From Octopus vulgaris (taxonomy: Eukaryota), in NCBI GenBank assembly GCA_951406725.2, contig OX597824.1, positions 70,122,001 through 70,186,000 of the forward strand: DNA of 64,000 bases, given 5' to 3'. Shown here one piece after another: positions 43,003 through 55,872 of this stretch. A model generated the notes under the pieces. It ran no database searches. It was given only the letters and a program-made list of their open reading frames with translations, and was not told the DNA's origin. Made by a program: the position numbers and the translations under genes. Position 1 is the stretch's first letter. Every line of letters begins with the position of its first letter.

Positions 43003-43202
43003 GGATAGATAGATAGATAGATAGATAGATAGTTAGATAGATGTTACCGATGTCATATTAATTAATGTATCTGTTTTGTTTATGTGCTTATTAGCAACCG
43101 GATTGCATCAGAGAGAAACGTCTCTTTATGATGCCGGGTGCTAAAAAAACCACTGAATATCATAAGCCAGACGAGACAACTCGCTCCATACGTGGACTTG
43201 AA

Positions 43203-43247
43203 CAATGTATATCGATATTTCGCTGCTATTTCAGCTCGTCAGCATCA
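43203..43247 (-). ncRNA. Type I hammerhead ribozyme motif with palindromic stem III
   Basis: tgatg-CTGACGA-gctg-aaatag-cagc-GAAA-tatcgata-TA-cattg; intact core, G-C closing pair of stem II, AUA cleavage triplet. Confidence 0.8.
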
Positions 43248-43375
43248 TATACCTGAAGCCACCTTGAAGCGAATTTGAATCGCTGGTCTGAGCGATGCAA
43301 ATAGTGTAGAGCCTACTTGCTGATGTGTACCAGCACCGCACAAGGAAAACAAAATAAAATGTTGAATGATTAGGA

Positions 43376-43486
<111 letters not shown>

Positions 43487-43630
43487 GTAATTAAAATATA
43501 TGCATACATACATATATGTACGTACCTACATCTACATGTATATATACATGCATATAAAAATATATATACGTGAGTACAGGACACCACAAATAGACGTAGA
43601 ACTCAACGAGAAACGAAAACGGAAAAACAG

Positions 43631-43692
<62 letters not shown>

Positions 43693-44149
43693 GTGCACGT
43701 GTGTGTATATCTATGTATGTGTGAATGTGTTTATGTTTACTTGTGTAATATAGTACGCTGAATTACCTCCCTTTATTTTCAACAAAGGTAAATAAGTACT
43801 GGGGTCGATATGAACCACTGAAAATCCTTAAAGGCAGAGTCGAAGCATGGCCGCGTTCCAATGACGGAAGCCAGTAAAAGAATTATATCAGATATCTCTC
43901 GTTTTGTTTTCTTCGATACAGATGTTTTTCTTTTTTTACCATTTGGAAGATTTTCGTTTTTCCCTAGTATTTATGACAAATGCATTGCGCTCACGCCTTT
44001 AATGTAGTTTATGCCGTTCATACCTTTGAAATCTTTATTTCTCCAACGCATTCTATATATATATATATACATATATATATACGTACTCATAGGCGTGCAC
44101 GCACACATACACACATATATCCGCCATGTTTGAAATTGTTTGTGCTTAC

Positions 44150-44207
44150 CTCGTTTCTGGTCTTTCATTCTTTCTTTTAACTCGTCTTCCATTACCAGAT
44201 CTTCCAT
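44150..44207 (-). CDS. Candidate first coding exon segment of an unknown gene
   Basis: MEDLVMEDELKERMKDQKR+G |gtaagc; in-frame stops lie upstream of the ATG. Confidence 0.28.
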
Positions 44208-44655
44208 TTTTCATAAATCTTTCTGATACTAGTTAATTTTGTTTGCATCTATATCTGTATGTAATTTTCCATTTCGCTGCCTTTGTTCGCTGTATTTAAT
44301 ATGCTTTGCCGTATCATTTTCTTTTGTCGCCATTTCTTCTCCATGTTTCAAACGTTTGCTTTTGTAATATTTCCCATCGATTCGGGTAAATATTAACATG
44401 CAATACAAAAGTGAAGATGAAGAAGAAGAAGAGAACGTATTTCTCTTTCTAGTTCCATCTGTCTTTAATGTTTGGCATCGGAAGAAAGAGAATGGTAAGA
44501 CTGAAAGCATCCAGCCTCCGCAATTTCCACTAAACCTACGTAACATTTTTGCCTACGTTGATTTGCAAATCTAAAGAAATCATTATCACCACTATTATTA
44601 TTGTTATCATCATCGTCGTCGTCCTCATCGTCATCACCTTCATCATCATCATCAT

Positions 44656-45460
44656 TAAGGCGGCGAGCTAGCAGAAACGTTAGCGCGCCGGGAGAAATGC
44701 TTAGCGGTATTTCATCTGCCGCTACGTTCTGAGTTCAAATTCCGTCGAGGTCGACTTTGCCTTTTATCCTTTCAGGGTCGATTAAATAAGTACCAGTTAT
44801 GCACTAGGGTTGATATAAACGACTTAATCCGTTTGTCAGTCCTTGTTTGTCCTCTCTGTGTTTAGCCCCTTGTGGGTAGTAAAGAAATATGTATTTAAGG
44901 CGGCGAGCTGGCCGAAACATTAGCACGCCGGGCGAAATGCTTAGCGGTATTTCGTCTGCCGCTACGTTCTGAGTTCAAATTCCGCTGAGGTCGACTTTGC
45001 CTTTTATCCTTTCGGGGTCGATTAAATAAGTACCAGTTACGCACTGGGATCGATATAATCGACTTAATTGGTTTGTCTGTCCTTGTTTGTCCCCTCTATG
45101 TGTAGCCCCTTTGAGTTCAAATTCTGCCGAGGTCGACTTTGTCTTTCATCCTTTCGGGGTCGATAAATTAAGTACCAGTTGTGTACTGGGGCCGATGTAA
45201 TCAACTTAATCCCTTTACCTGTCCTTGTTTGTCCCCTCTAAGTTTAGCCCCTTGTGGGCAATAAAGAAATAAGAATCGTTAGCACGCCGGTCAAAATACT
45301 CAGTGGCATTTCGTCGCTCTGAGTTCAAATTACGCCGAGGTCGACTTTGTCTTTCATCTTTTCGGGGTGGATAAGTCAAGTACCAGTTACGCACTGGGAT
45401 CGATGTAATCGACTTAATCTTACACCCAAAATTTCAGGTCTTGCGCATATAGCAGAAAGG
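44656..45460 (+). mobile_element. Head-to-tail array of four SINE A core modules
   Basis: gagttcaaatt...gaggtcgactttg core recurs near 44730, 44970, 45113 and 45320; tail2 at the end. Confidence 0.9.
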
Positions 45461-45549
45461 ATTGTTGTTGGTGTGGCTGTTGTTGTTGTTGTTGTCGCTC
45501 CTTACATGGACCTCTAGGGATCATATGGATCCTGGATCAGGACAACAGG

Positions 45550-45900
45550 TCTAGAGTAAGAAGTTTGCTTCCCAACCGGTCACCGGTTCAGTCCCATTTG
45601 GACAAGTGTCTTCTACTATAGCCTCGGGCGGACCAAAGCCTTGTGAGTGGATTTGGTAGACGGAAACTGAAACAAGCCCATCGTATGTATGTGTGTGTAT
45701 TTGTCTCCATCATCGCTTGACAAACAGTGTTGGTGAGTTTATGTTCCCGTAACTTAGCGGTTCGACAGAGACCGATAGAATAAGTACTAGGCTTGAAAAT
45801 AAGTCCTGTGTTCCAATTGTTCGACGAGAGCACTTCAAGGCGGTGCTCCAGTATGGCTGCAGTCAAATTACTGAAATATGTAAAAGAATAAAAGAATAAA
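45550..45900 (+). mobile_element. SINE family B, diverged
   Basis: caagtgtcttctactatagcctcggg...actgaaatatgtaaaagaataaaagaat. Confidence 0.85.
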
Positions 45901-46106
45901 AATATATACGTCCATGTTTGTTGTAAGACTTATTTACCGGTTCTACCAAAGCTCTGAGAAATATAAAGCTTCCCTTTCATAAGTCCCATGTTATTCTGGT
46001 GCATGAAAAAGCCCTACATAACCGGATATGTGTATTATATATCATGTGTCGATGCTAAGGAAATATTTCCTGAAGAGCGTAAAGGGAGGTAATTAAATAT
46101 TACATG

Positions 46107-46489
46107 TGGAAGCACTCCGTCGGTTACGACGACGAGGGTTCCGGTTGATCCGATCAACGGAACAGCCTGCTCGTGAAATTAACGTGTAAGTGGCTGAGCA
46201 CTCCACAGACACGTGTACCCTTAACGTAGTTCTCGGGGATATTCAGCGTGACACAGAGAGTGACAAGGCCGGCCCTTTGAAATACAGGTACAACAGAAAC
46301 AGGAAGTAAGAGTGAGAGAACGTTGTGGTGAAAGAATACAGCAGGGATCACCACCATCCCCTGCCGGAGCCTCGTGGAGCTTTAGGTGTTTTCGCTCAAT
46401 AAACACTCACAACGCCCGGTCTAGGAATCGAAACCGCGATCCTACGACCGCGAGTCCGCTGCCCTAACCACTGGGCCATTGCGCCTCCA
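46107..46489 (-). mobile_element. SINE family C with TSD
   Basis: Full copy; aatattaca on both sides. Confidence 0.92.
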
Positions 46490-47091
46490 AATATTACAAC
46501 AGGGTATATACTTTTAGATGCTCGAACGATGCGGACGATCTACAGACTAACAACAGCAACAACAATAACAACAACAACAACAACAACAGTCGCGGCAACA
46601 GCAACAGTAACAAGGAGAGCAACAGCAACAACAAGAACAGCAGCAACAACGTAATCAAGGTAAGTAAGCAGTGAAGATGCTACCTTGACAGAATTGAAGG
46701 ACTTTCAAGCGTCTAAATAAATAAATACCTAAATGAAAGGATAAATAAATGAATGAATGAATAATGTATAAGATTAAAGAAACCTCAAATTTAATCCCTC
46801 TTAATCCAAGGATACGATTAAAACACACACACTCACACACACAGACACACGCGCACGCGCAGGTAGGCGCATACCACAAGTACATATGTATGTACATAAA
46901 CACACATACATGATAAACATATATACATACATATATACATACATACATACATATATATATATATGTGTGTGTGTGTATACATATATATACATATATATAT
47001 GCATATATATATGTGCATGTTATGTATATATGTATATACTTATATCTATATACCTATCTCTCTATTTCTCTCTCTCTCACTCTCTCTCTCA

Positions 47092-47122
<31 letters not shown>

Positions 47123-47489
47123 CCTATATATATATGCACAGACACACACACATACATATACATGCATAAAACCAAGATATACAATGATAAGCATATTCAT
47201 CTACCTATATCTATATCATCTATATCATAACACACTCACACTCACACACACACACATACACATACACACACACACTGAAACATAGGCATACATAATTAAC
47301 AAATTGCATCGTAACAAGAATTGCATAACCATATGAAATAAGTGAAAGTTGTTTTAGCTAATGTACGTATTAGCTAATATTTTAGCAAATGTAATCATGT
47401 ATGCATGTATGTATGTATGCGTTCCTTTACTCTTTAACTGTTTTAATTGTTTGTCATTTGACTGCGGCCATGCTAGAGCACCGCAAATC

Positions 47490-48313
47490 GATGGCACATC
47501 CAATAGTTCATTTATCTTGGATGTACCATCTCATCAGATGCGAGCATCCACAAACAAATTGACAACAGATTGCAAAGGCAAACAAAGCATTTAACAAACT
47601 GTACAAGCGTATGTGTAACAACAAACAAGCATCTTAAGATCCGCACAAAAGTCAATATCTACAGGGCCGTCGTGCTCACAACGCTCCTATATGGCTTTGA
47701 ACACTGGGTCCTCTACTGCTATCCTCTCAGACTCCTCGAACATTTTCCCCAACGCTGCCTCCGTACCATTTTCAACATTTACTGGAGCGTCTACATCACC
47801 AACACTGAGGTCTTCGAGCGAGCAAAGGTCACTAGCCTGGAAGCCATTTTACTTAAGACACGACTGTGTTGGGTAAGGCACGTTAACAGGACGAGAGACC
47901 ACCGCCTACATCATGTAGGGTGAGCTCACCACTGGTCACCCCAACAGTGGGGCACCAAGGAAACATTACAGTCCCTTAGCGTTTGTCACATTGATTATCG
48001 GAAGTAATCCACTCTAACAGTTGACCACGTCGCTTGATGTCATGCCGTCAGCGATGTTGCTTCTTCCTTTGAGATCTCCCGCAGTACCTTTCTTGAAGAC
48101 AAAAGTCAGAAGCGAAAAAACAATACACCTACAGCATCTGACCCTGAACAACCATACCCCACTGTCATCACTGCAATCGGATATTTCAATCCGACATCGG
48201 CCTGATCAGAGACGAACGAGCGTGCAGACGACGAACGAGCGTGCAGACGACAAACGAGCATGCAGACGACGTGGACAACAGCCTTCCTAATCGTCTTCAG
48301 CGAAGCCAAGCCA
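47490..48313 (+). pseudogene. RTE (BovB-like) LINE 3' remnant
   Basis: TKVNIYRAVVLTTLLYGFEHW...QRCLRTIFNIYW...TNTEVFERA...LCWVRHV followed by a CHHCNRIFQSDIGLI zinc-finger-like tail. Confidence 0.9.
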
Positions 48314-48360
<47 letters not shown>

Positions 48361-48456
48361 CGTGAAGTTTTATGAAAATAAACAAAAGACGAAGGCAGGT
48401 GGAGTACAAACAAACAATTGTATTAGTATGGCGCTCAGGAATAGAAATAAAACAAG

Positions 48457-48494
48457 TCTTTTACGTTTCGAGCCTACGCTCTTCAACAGAAAGA
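48457..48494 (-). ncRNA. Minimal type I hammerhead variant inside an about 200-bp element (48360-48565)
   Basis: tcttt-CTGTTGA-a-gagc-gtag-gctc-GAAA-cg-TA-aaaga; A6 to U core change. Confidence 0.65.
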
Positions 48495-49582
48495 TACACA
48501 GAAAAGAAACACGGAGAGAAACAAGGAGAGAAAAAAATGCGTGCAGGAGCTAACGAATCAACATGATATATATATTTACGAGGGTGTGCTGAAAAGTTCC
48601 TGGCTTTGGATAAAAGAAAATACAGGAGGGTCAGTTGATTATAATTTTATTCGACATATTCCCCTCTCAGATTCACTCACTTATTGCAGCGGTCCTTTAG
48701 TTTTTCCAAGCCCTGTAAAAGAACTCGAATGGTTTGGCCTCCAACCAAGTCTTTCGTGATACCCTTCAAGCCAGGAACACCAATTTTAGATACATAAATT
48801 GACGAACAAATCTTGGTATATTTGTGCGAGTAGTTGAACATTTACTTTCTTATACATATTTATGGGTATGCTTGGATGTAGCGATATATACATACGTCGG
48901 TAGGTAAATACGTAGTCACATAGGAATATGCGTGTGTGTGTAAGTGCACGCGTCTGTATGTACGAATGATTAAGTATGCACTATCCGGCTCTTTTATATG
49001 CCACTAAATTCTTAGCTATTTATCATCGTTAACTCGAAAGCTTCTTTGATCTAAGATAGCTTAGGCGTTGGATTTCATCTTTTCTCCAAATACCTTGATT
49101 ACGCTTGTAACCATTCTCCCTTTTCTTCTTTCTTCATCTCAGCAATAAAATAGGAATAACGAAATTCTTTTTCTTAATTGCTATATATAGAATGTTCAAC
49201 TAAATTTATAGGCAGTTATTTTGTTCTGCCTACCAACTGAAGTTGGCAGTTAACGATGGATTAAATTACTATTTTCTTCTGAAGATCCGATGTTCTAAGG
49301 TGATTGCATAATCATCTTTGTAACGATTACTGCACAAACACGCCACTGAAACACCTATAAAGATTATGTAATTTATTATGTTAAAATAAAGAGAATAACC
49401 GAATCTTCTAGTTTATTCTGCTCTCCTGTATACACTCTATGATTTATTCGAATGAATATTCTACCAAAAGACAATCCAAGAAAAAATACTTGATTGGAAG
49501 ATGGCTGTATATGGATTTATATGGAGCCATAAGCAACGGTCAACTGTTTTCTGACTCATTCGAAATAAGCATTTTTCAATAC

Positions 49583-49652
<70 letters not shown>

Positions 49653-49791
49653 GGGGGTAGAGAGAGAGGTTGCACAAAATAATGGAAACACCTAGGATCA
49701 CAGCATCATTATTTTGAAATATCTATAAAACCGTCAAAGCTTATATATACATACACACATACATGCGCAAACATACATACATACGTACACA

Positions 49792-49838
<47 letters not shown>

Positions 49839-49942
49839 AAATACACACATGTCTAATATCACATGCCAGAGAATGAGTTTAGCGCATATTTTAATGCCAT
49901 GGCACGCAAAAGTTCCATGCGAAAGCTTATGTGGAATTTATA

Positions 49943-50620
49943 CAGGGGTTGGACAAAATAATGGAAACACCTAGCATCATAACATCATAATTTTGAAATA
50001 TCTATAAAACCCTCAAAAGCTTGTTTATTTTCATGTTTTTTTATTTATTATTAGTGTTGCTTAATATGTCTTGCTAAAATTGTTGTTTCTTTTCAGATAT
50101 CATCAGAAAAAGGTAATGAAAATTCATTAAAATGATAAATCTATCGGACTTTCAAAGAGGTCAAATTGTTGGTGCTCGTATGGCAGGCGTTAGCGTAACG
50201 AAAACAGCCGATATATTTGGTATATCAAGAAGTACTGTCTCGAAAGCAATGACAACCTTTGAGAAAGAGGGAAAAAAACCACCTCGTCGAAACAAAACTC
50301 CTGAAGAAAACCAAAACTTTCAGATAGGGACCGTCGTATTCTTACGAGAATTGTTAGATAGGATCACAAAAGTACAGCTCCTAAAATTACTGCAGAGCTT
50401 AATGACTACCTCAAGAACCCAGTTCCACAAAAATTGTTCGCCAAGAGCTGCACAAAGCCGGATTTCACGGGAGGGCTACAAACAGAAAAACCACCACTTT
50501 CAAAAACAAACATTGCAAAGAATTGGTCCCTAGAGCAGTAAAAGAATGTTATTTTCTCAGACGAGTCATTCTTTGCCTTATTTCCAACCACCAGCCAAGT
50601 ATATATATTTCCAACCACCA
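49943..50620 (+). pseudogene. Tc1-like transposon 5' portion with frameshifted transposase
   Basis: TA-caggggttggacaaaataatggaaacacc TIR; LSDFQRGQIVGARMAGVSVTKTADIFGISRSTVSKAM paired-like HTH; IFSDESF motif near 50551. Confidence 0.9.
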
Positions 50621-50694
50621 GCCGGGACCATGTGTTTGGAAAGCAAACTTCTTACCACACAGCCACGCTTGCGCCTGTTTATTATTGTTTATTA

Positions 50695-50739
50695 TTGTTG
50701 GAAATCTTTCGTCACATCCTGTGACCTCTTCAGCGACAA
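50695..50739 (-). ncRNA. Type I hammerhead motif, left arm of an inverted repeat
   Basis: ttgtcg-CTGAAGA-g-gtcaca-gga-tgtgac-GAAA-gatt-TC-caacaa. Confidence 0.7.
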
Positions 50740-51545
50740 CAAGGAATATCAATTCTTTATTGTTGTAATAAACAATTCCTTTATTTTGGAAACTATCAAC
50801 GAACACAGACATCCCAGTCGCCTTCTGTGACATCCGAACTCAATTACTGTTAGATGATTTATAACCTTACGCATACATCACTTCTTGACTGCACTGTACA
50901 TAAAACGACCCTTTCCATCTCCCATACATTTCGCTTACCACCATGCCAAACTGCCATGCTGTACCCAACATACCTGGCTAACGGATACGTTTATTATTCT
51001 AGCATAGTTAACCGTAGCTATTTGCAAATGGATTCCTTCACAATAGACCACCCAATATCCACTCACTCTCCTTACCGATACTGTCATTAGCCATTCCACT
51101 TTCATATATCTTAATCTAACTCTTGTGATTTAGATATTTACCTTTAGATAAACTTGTTAGCCTCCATCGTCATCTTAGTATGACCTTATTTCTCTGTTTC
51201 ATTTTTGTCTTTCTACTATACTCAGCAATAGTTTATTTTTATTTCCCGCGTGTGAGATGGGCTGAATCGTGGAAGTACTGCTATACCAGGTCAACCCGTG
51301 GCAAAGGCGAAGCAAGCCTCTAACTCTTCGTCTCGTTCTAAAAATCTATTTAATATCGATAAGCCCCAAATAGGGACGTATTAGATATTAAGAAATAGTA
51401 GTAAGCCAAAGCTTTCCACTATTCTCTTTTCCGCTGTTACATCTCATTCTCCTTTCGTTGCTGAAAGCGACTGGGATGGATGTGTTCGTTCATACCAAAA
51501 TAAAGGAATTGTTTATTACAACAATAAGGAATTAATATTCCTTAT

Positions 51546-51589
51546 TGTCGCTGAAGAGGTGACAGAATGTGACGAAAGACAGACCGACA
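51546..51589 (+). ncRNA. Type I hammerhead motif, right arm (cleavage site degenerate)
   Basis: tgtcg-CTGAAGA-g-gtgaca-gaa-tgtgac-GAAA-gacagac-cgaca. Confidence 0.55.
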
Positions 51590-51590
51590 G

Positions 51591-51622
<32 letters not shown>

Positions 51623-51719
51623 CTGATGATTGAGGGCTTTGAATGTCCCGTCCGTGTTTTTTGTGTCGTCTTCTAAATGTTTCACGTTCTTGTCCCAGTT
51701 TGTATATTTTTTTTACTTT

Positions 51720-51757
<38 letters not shown>

Positions 51758-51820
51758 GGTCCCGGGTTGATTCGGGGTTAACCACAGTAAATAAGGTACT
51801 CAATACATAGCAGAGTAAAA

Positions 51821-52623
51821 TTAATTTATTATATAGAAGGAGCTTCTACAGGACTAGAACTGTTTCATTCAAGAGAAATCTTCAGGAAGCTAGTTAACAA
51901 GAATTGTATTGGCATTTATACATTTAGGCAGGTTTAAAGGGGTGGTGGTGGGGGACTTTTTTGGGGGTAGGCATAGCGCAAAATATCATACTTGGGGGAG
52001 TGGTCAAGGAGTCAGTGGTAAATTAGATAAAAGAATAAATAAAAGAATAAAAAAATAATAAAATAAAAAAATAAAAAATATAAGATATATATATATATAT
52101 ATATATATTTCTCTCTCGTCGTCCACTATAATCCAGCGTTTGCAATACTTTTTTCGTCTGGCGTTAACAGCCCTTCTTATCTTGTTCTCCTTGTCCTGTC
52201 TCTCACTGTTATATATTTATTTTTCCACTGTTTATATATATATTTTTTACTGTTTATATGTTTGTACTGTCGTAACCGTCTTGCTTTTTTTACCCCTCTG
52301 CGAAAAGATCTCAGAATTTTAATTGATTTGCTTTTCGCAGGAAGGAAGTTTTCTTCGAAGTATACGTCTCGCTTTTATCCTTCGAAACGTTTAGTAGATG
52401 AAACCTTAGCGACTGAAGAAGGGGATTTTTCGTTGTGCTTATTGTCTTGTATCTCTCTTTTTTTTTGCTTGTCTTGTCCCTTGGTTTGTGTCTATGTTTT
52501 TCGTCTCTCTATGTGTTCGACGTCTTTTTGGTGTCCTGTACACATATATGCGTGTATATGTACATGTAGAGGTAGGTACGTACATATATGTTTATATATA
52601 TGCATATGTTCTATTTTATTAAC

Positions 52624-52657
<34 letters not shown>

Positions 52658-53094
52658 ATGTGTAGATAAGTGTATGTATGTGTATGTGTATATATATGTA
52701 TATGTGTGTGTGTGTATGTATGTGTGTATGTATATATGTGTGTGTGTGTGTGTATATATGTATACATATGTGTATAGGTATAAGTGAGAATCCCCTTATT
52801 TACCTAAAACTCTATTCTTTTTTATATATATATTTTTATTTTTTTATTTTTTTATTTTATTATTTTTTTATTCTTTTATTTATTCTTTTATCTAATTTAC
52901 CACTGACTCCTTGACCACTCCCCCAAGTATGATATTTTGCGCTATGCCTACCCCCAAAAAAGTCCCCCACCACCACCCCTTTAAACCTGCCTAAATGTAT
53001 AAATGCCAATACAATTCTTGTTAACTAGCTTCCTGAAGATTTCTCTTGAATGAAACAGTTCTAGTCCTGTAGAAGCTCCTTCTATATAATAAAT

Positions 53095-53097
<3 letters not shown>
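51821..53097. repeat. Long inverted repeat, arms about 250 bp (51821-52070 and about 52848-53097)
   Basis: Arms read as exact reverse complements over the unique part; each carries CTGAAGA...GAAA. Confidence 0.93.
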
Positions 53098-53136
<39 letters not shown>

Positions 53137-53145
53137 TAGGTAGGG

Positions 53146-53218
<73 letters not shown>

Positions 53219-53607
53219 GCATACACATGTTACAAATCGGTATGAATGTGTGTCTGTGGGTGTGCGTGTTAGTGAAAGGAGTGATCGCGCGCGCGTATGG
53301 ATGCGTGCGCGCGTGTGTCAGTTCGGGCACTTTATTTGTTTTTATCGTTTGTTGTCGCCAGTTGCAACAACTTCCCCGTTGGCTCTAAAAGATGGTTTGG
53401 ATTGTCTAAGATTAACTGCTAAGTAAACTCAATTAATCGCTGTGGATTACCTGAGATCAGATAAAAGCCAACGCAGGTAAGCTAGCGAATCAAATAAAAA
53501 AGGCGTATTTACTGATTTAATTGTTGTTGACATATCCAGCTGGATAAAATAAATAAATAAATAAATAAATAAATAGGATAGTATGGATGGTAATGATAGT
53601 GCTGATA

Positions 53608-53638
<31 letters not shown>

Positions 53639-53640
53639 AT

Positions 53641-54194
53641 GCCCTGATGCAGTACCAGGCAGTGGCTCTCATGGCTTCTGATCTTAACTGATTGGAAGTG
53701 TTATCATGTACATTGTTTTGTCTTGGTATAAAAGATGGGCTACAGCAAATATTCTGCTCAATACCTCAGATTTGCTTGTCAGTTGTTTGACCTTAACCAG
53801 TTGAGCATGTCCCTTAGTGGCTGACGATATGTGCATCTCTGATCACGAGCAGAAGTAGTGGGGGAGCATCATAGCCATGTGTTGAGAGGGATTCTTTGGG
53901 GTTTGAATAGTTCACCTCTGGAAACATGGGTGGTTCTTTCAACATCCTTAAACAACCCTTATTCAGGAACCTTTTGAGCGGGACGGGCTACTCGACCTAA
54001 AGAAAATTCTAACTGAGCCCCACCTGCAAGGTCATGTGCTGTTTATCTTGATATGAGATCACCATGTCGCGCACATATGGTTGTGATGCATGTGCCTGGT
54101 GTACCCTTATCAGACGGGTAGTCATGATGGGTATATTGGGCTTCGTATATTTTACCCCAGTGTCACTTTGATGGCATGAACTGCTCTTTCACTC
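53641..54194 (+). mobile_element. (AAT)n-flanked retroposon family, longest copy
   Basis: Flanked by (AAT)n on both sides; 3' end ctgctctttcactc-(AAT)n shared with three other copies. Confidence 0.85.
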
Positions 54195-54284
<90 letters not shown>

Positions 54285-54480
54285 AATAATAAACTGCTCA
54301 TATCCTACGCAAAATACTTTCTATGTAATCTCAAGTTTTAAAACAAACATAATTTTCTTATGGTTTGTACAAAACCAAATATATGACACCCTAGGCATAA
54401 CACCAACATGAACGTCCAACTTGTTGTCTCTTGAGGTCTCTGGGTGAGACTTGGAGCCAACTTGTACGAATGTAAAGCAA

Positions 54481-54530
<50 letters not shown>

Positions 54531-54596
54531 TAATAATGATGATGATGATGATGATGATGATGATGGTGATGGTGATGGTGATGGTGATGATGATGT

Positions 54597-54635
<39 letters not shown>

Positions 54636-54648
54636 CGATGATGATGAC

Positions 54649-54680
<32 letters not shown>

Positions 54681-54694
54681 TGATGATAATAATA

Positions 54695-54956
54695 CAACAT
54701 CCTTAAACAATCCTTATTCAGGGACCTTTTTGAGCGGGATGGGCTACTCGACCTGGAGAAAATTCTAACTGGGCCCCACCTGCAAGTTCATGAGCTGTTT
54801 ATCTTGATATGAGATCACAATGTCGCGCACATATGGTTGTGATGCATGTGCCTGGTGTACCATAACCAGACGGGTAGTCATGATGGGTCTAATGGGCTTC
54901 GTACATTTTACCCCAGTGTCACTTTGATGGCATGCACTGCTCCCTCACTCAATAAT

Positions 54957-55039
<83 letters not shown>

Positions 55040-55129
55040 CCTTAACAGACGGGTACTGATGATGGGCTTACTGGGCTTCGTATGTTTTAACCCTGTCTCA
55101 CTATGATGGCATGCACTACTTTCTCACTC
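54695..55129 (+). mobile_element. Two 5'-truncated copies of the (AAT)n-tailed family (54695-54950, 55037-55129)
   Basis: Same 3' terminus, progressively shorter 5' ends. Confidence 0.85.
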
Positions 55130-55319
55130 AATAATAAGCCGTATTGCCCTTTGCCTTTCCCTTGGGTGACATTGGTGGTGTGGAGAGGAGAGGCTGGTAT
55201 GCATGGGTGACTGCTGGTCTTCCACAAACAACTTTGCCTGGACTTGTGCCTTGAAGGATAACTTTCCAGGTGTAATCCCATGGTCATTCGTGAGCAAAGG
55301 GGATTTTTACCCTTGATAT

Positions 55320-55872
55320 AGTTAAGTTAAGATAATTTTTTGGCTCAAAAAGCAAAAAGCAAGGCCATGTAGGGGGGGGGGGGGCATGGAGTTATGTACA
55401 GGGTGGTGTTCATGCAAAGAGTTCAGGCCATTTCTGGTCAAGAGAGACTTTGAACCGAGCGGTCGTCGGCATCTTCACTATCTCGTCCGGCAGCTTATTC
55501 CACGCATACGCAACCCGGACTGAGAAAGCCCCTCTCCTTCGATTGAGATGAAATCGTCGCAGATAGAGCTTTTCGGGGTGACCCCGCAGCCGACGCTCTG
55601 GAGCAGGAGTGAAGAACATCTCTTTCAAGAGGTTACACTTTCCGCTTATGATGTTGTGAGCAAGAATGAGATCACCACGGTGTCGTCGTTTTTCTAGAGA
55701 ATAAAGGTCGAGCGTCTTCAGCCTTTATTCATAAGACAACTTGCTTGAGACCAAGAACCATGCGGGAAGCCAGTTTCTGGACTCTTTCGAGATGATGCAT
55801 GTCTTTGAGGAGATAAGGAGAAGAGGCTTGAATCCCGTACTCCAATATGGGTCTCATCAGCGTGATATAGAT
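55320..55872 (-). pseudogene. CR1-group LINE 3' remnant
   Basis: RPILEYGIQASSPYL...LERVQKLA...LYSLEKRRHRGDLI...RLRGHPEKL...FSVRVAYAWNKLP. Confidence 0.9.

Noticed and set aside
46415-46489. tRNA-Arg-like gene (also near 41810 and 58535)
   Set aside because: It is the head of SINE C: continuous with the SINE body, bounded by TSDs, no proper acceptor stem
52376-52427. Possible permuted (type II) hammerhead
   Set aside because: Pairing would consume core bases and stem I is unconvincing
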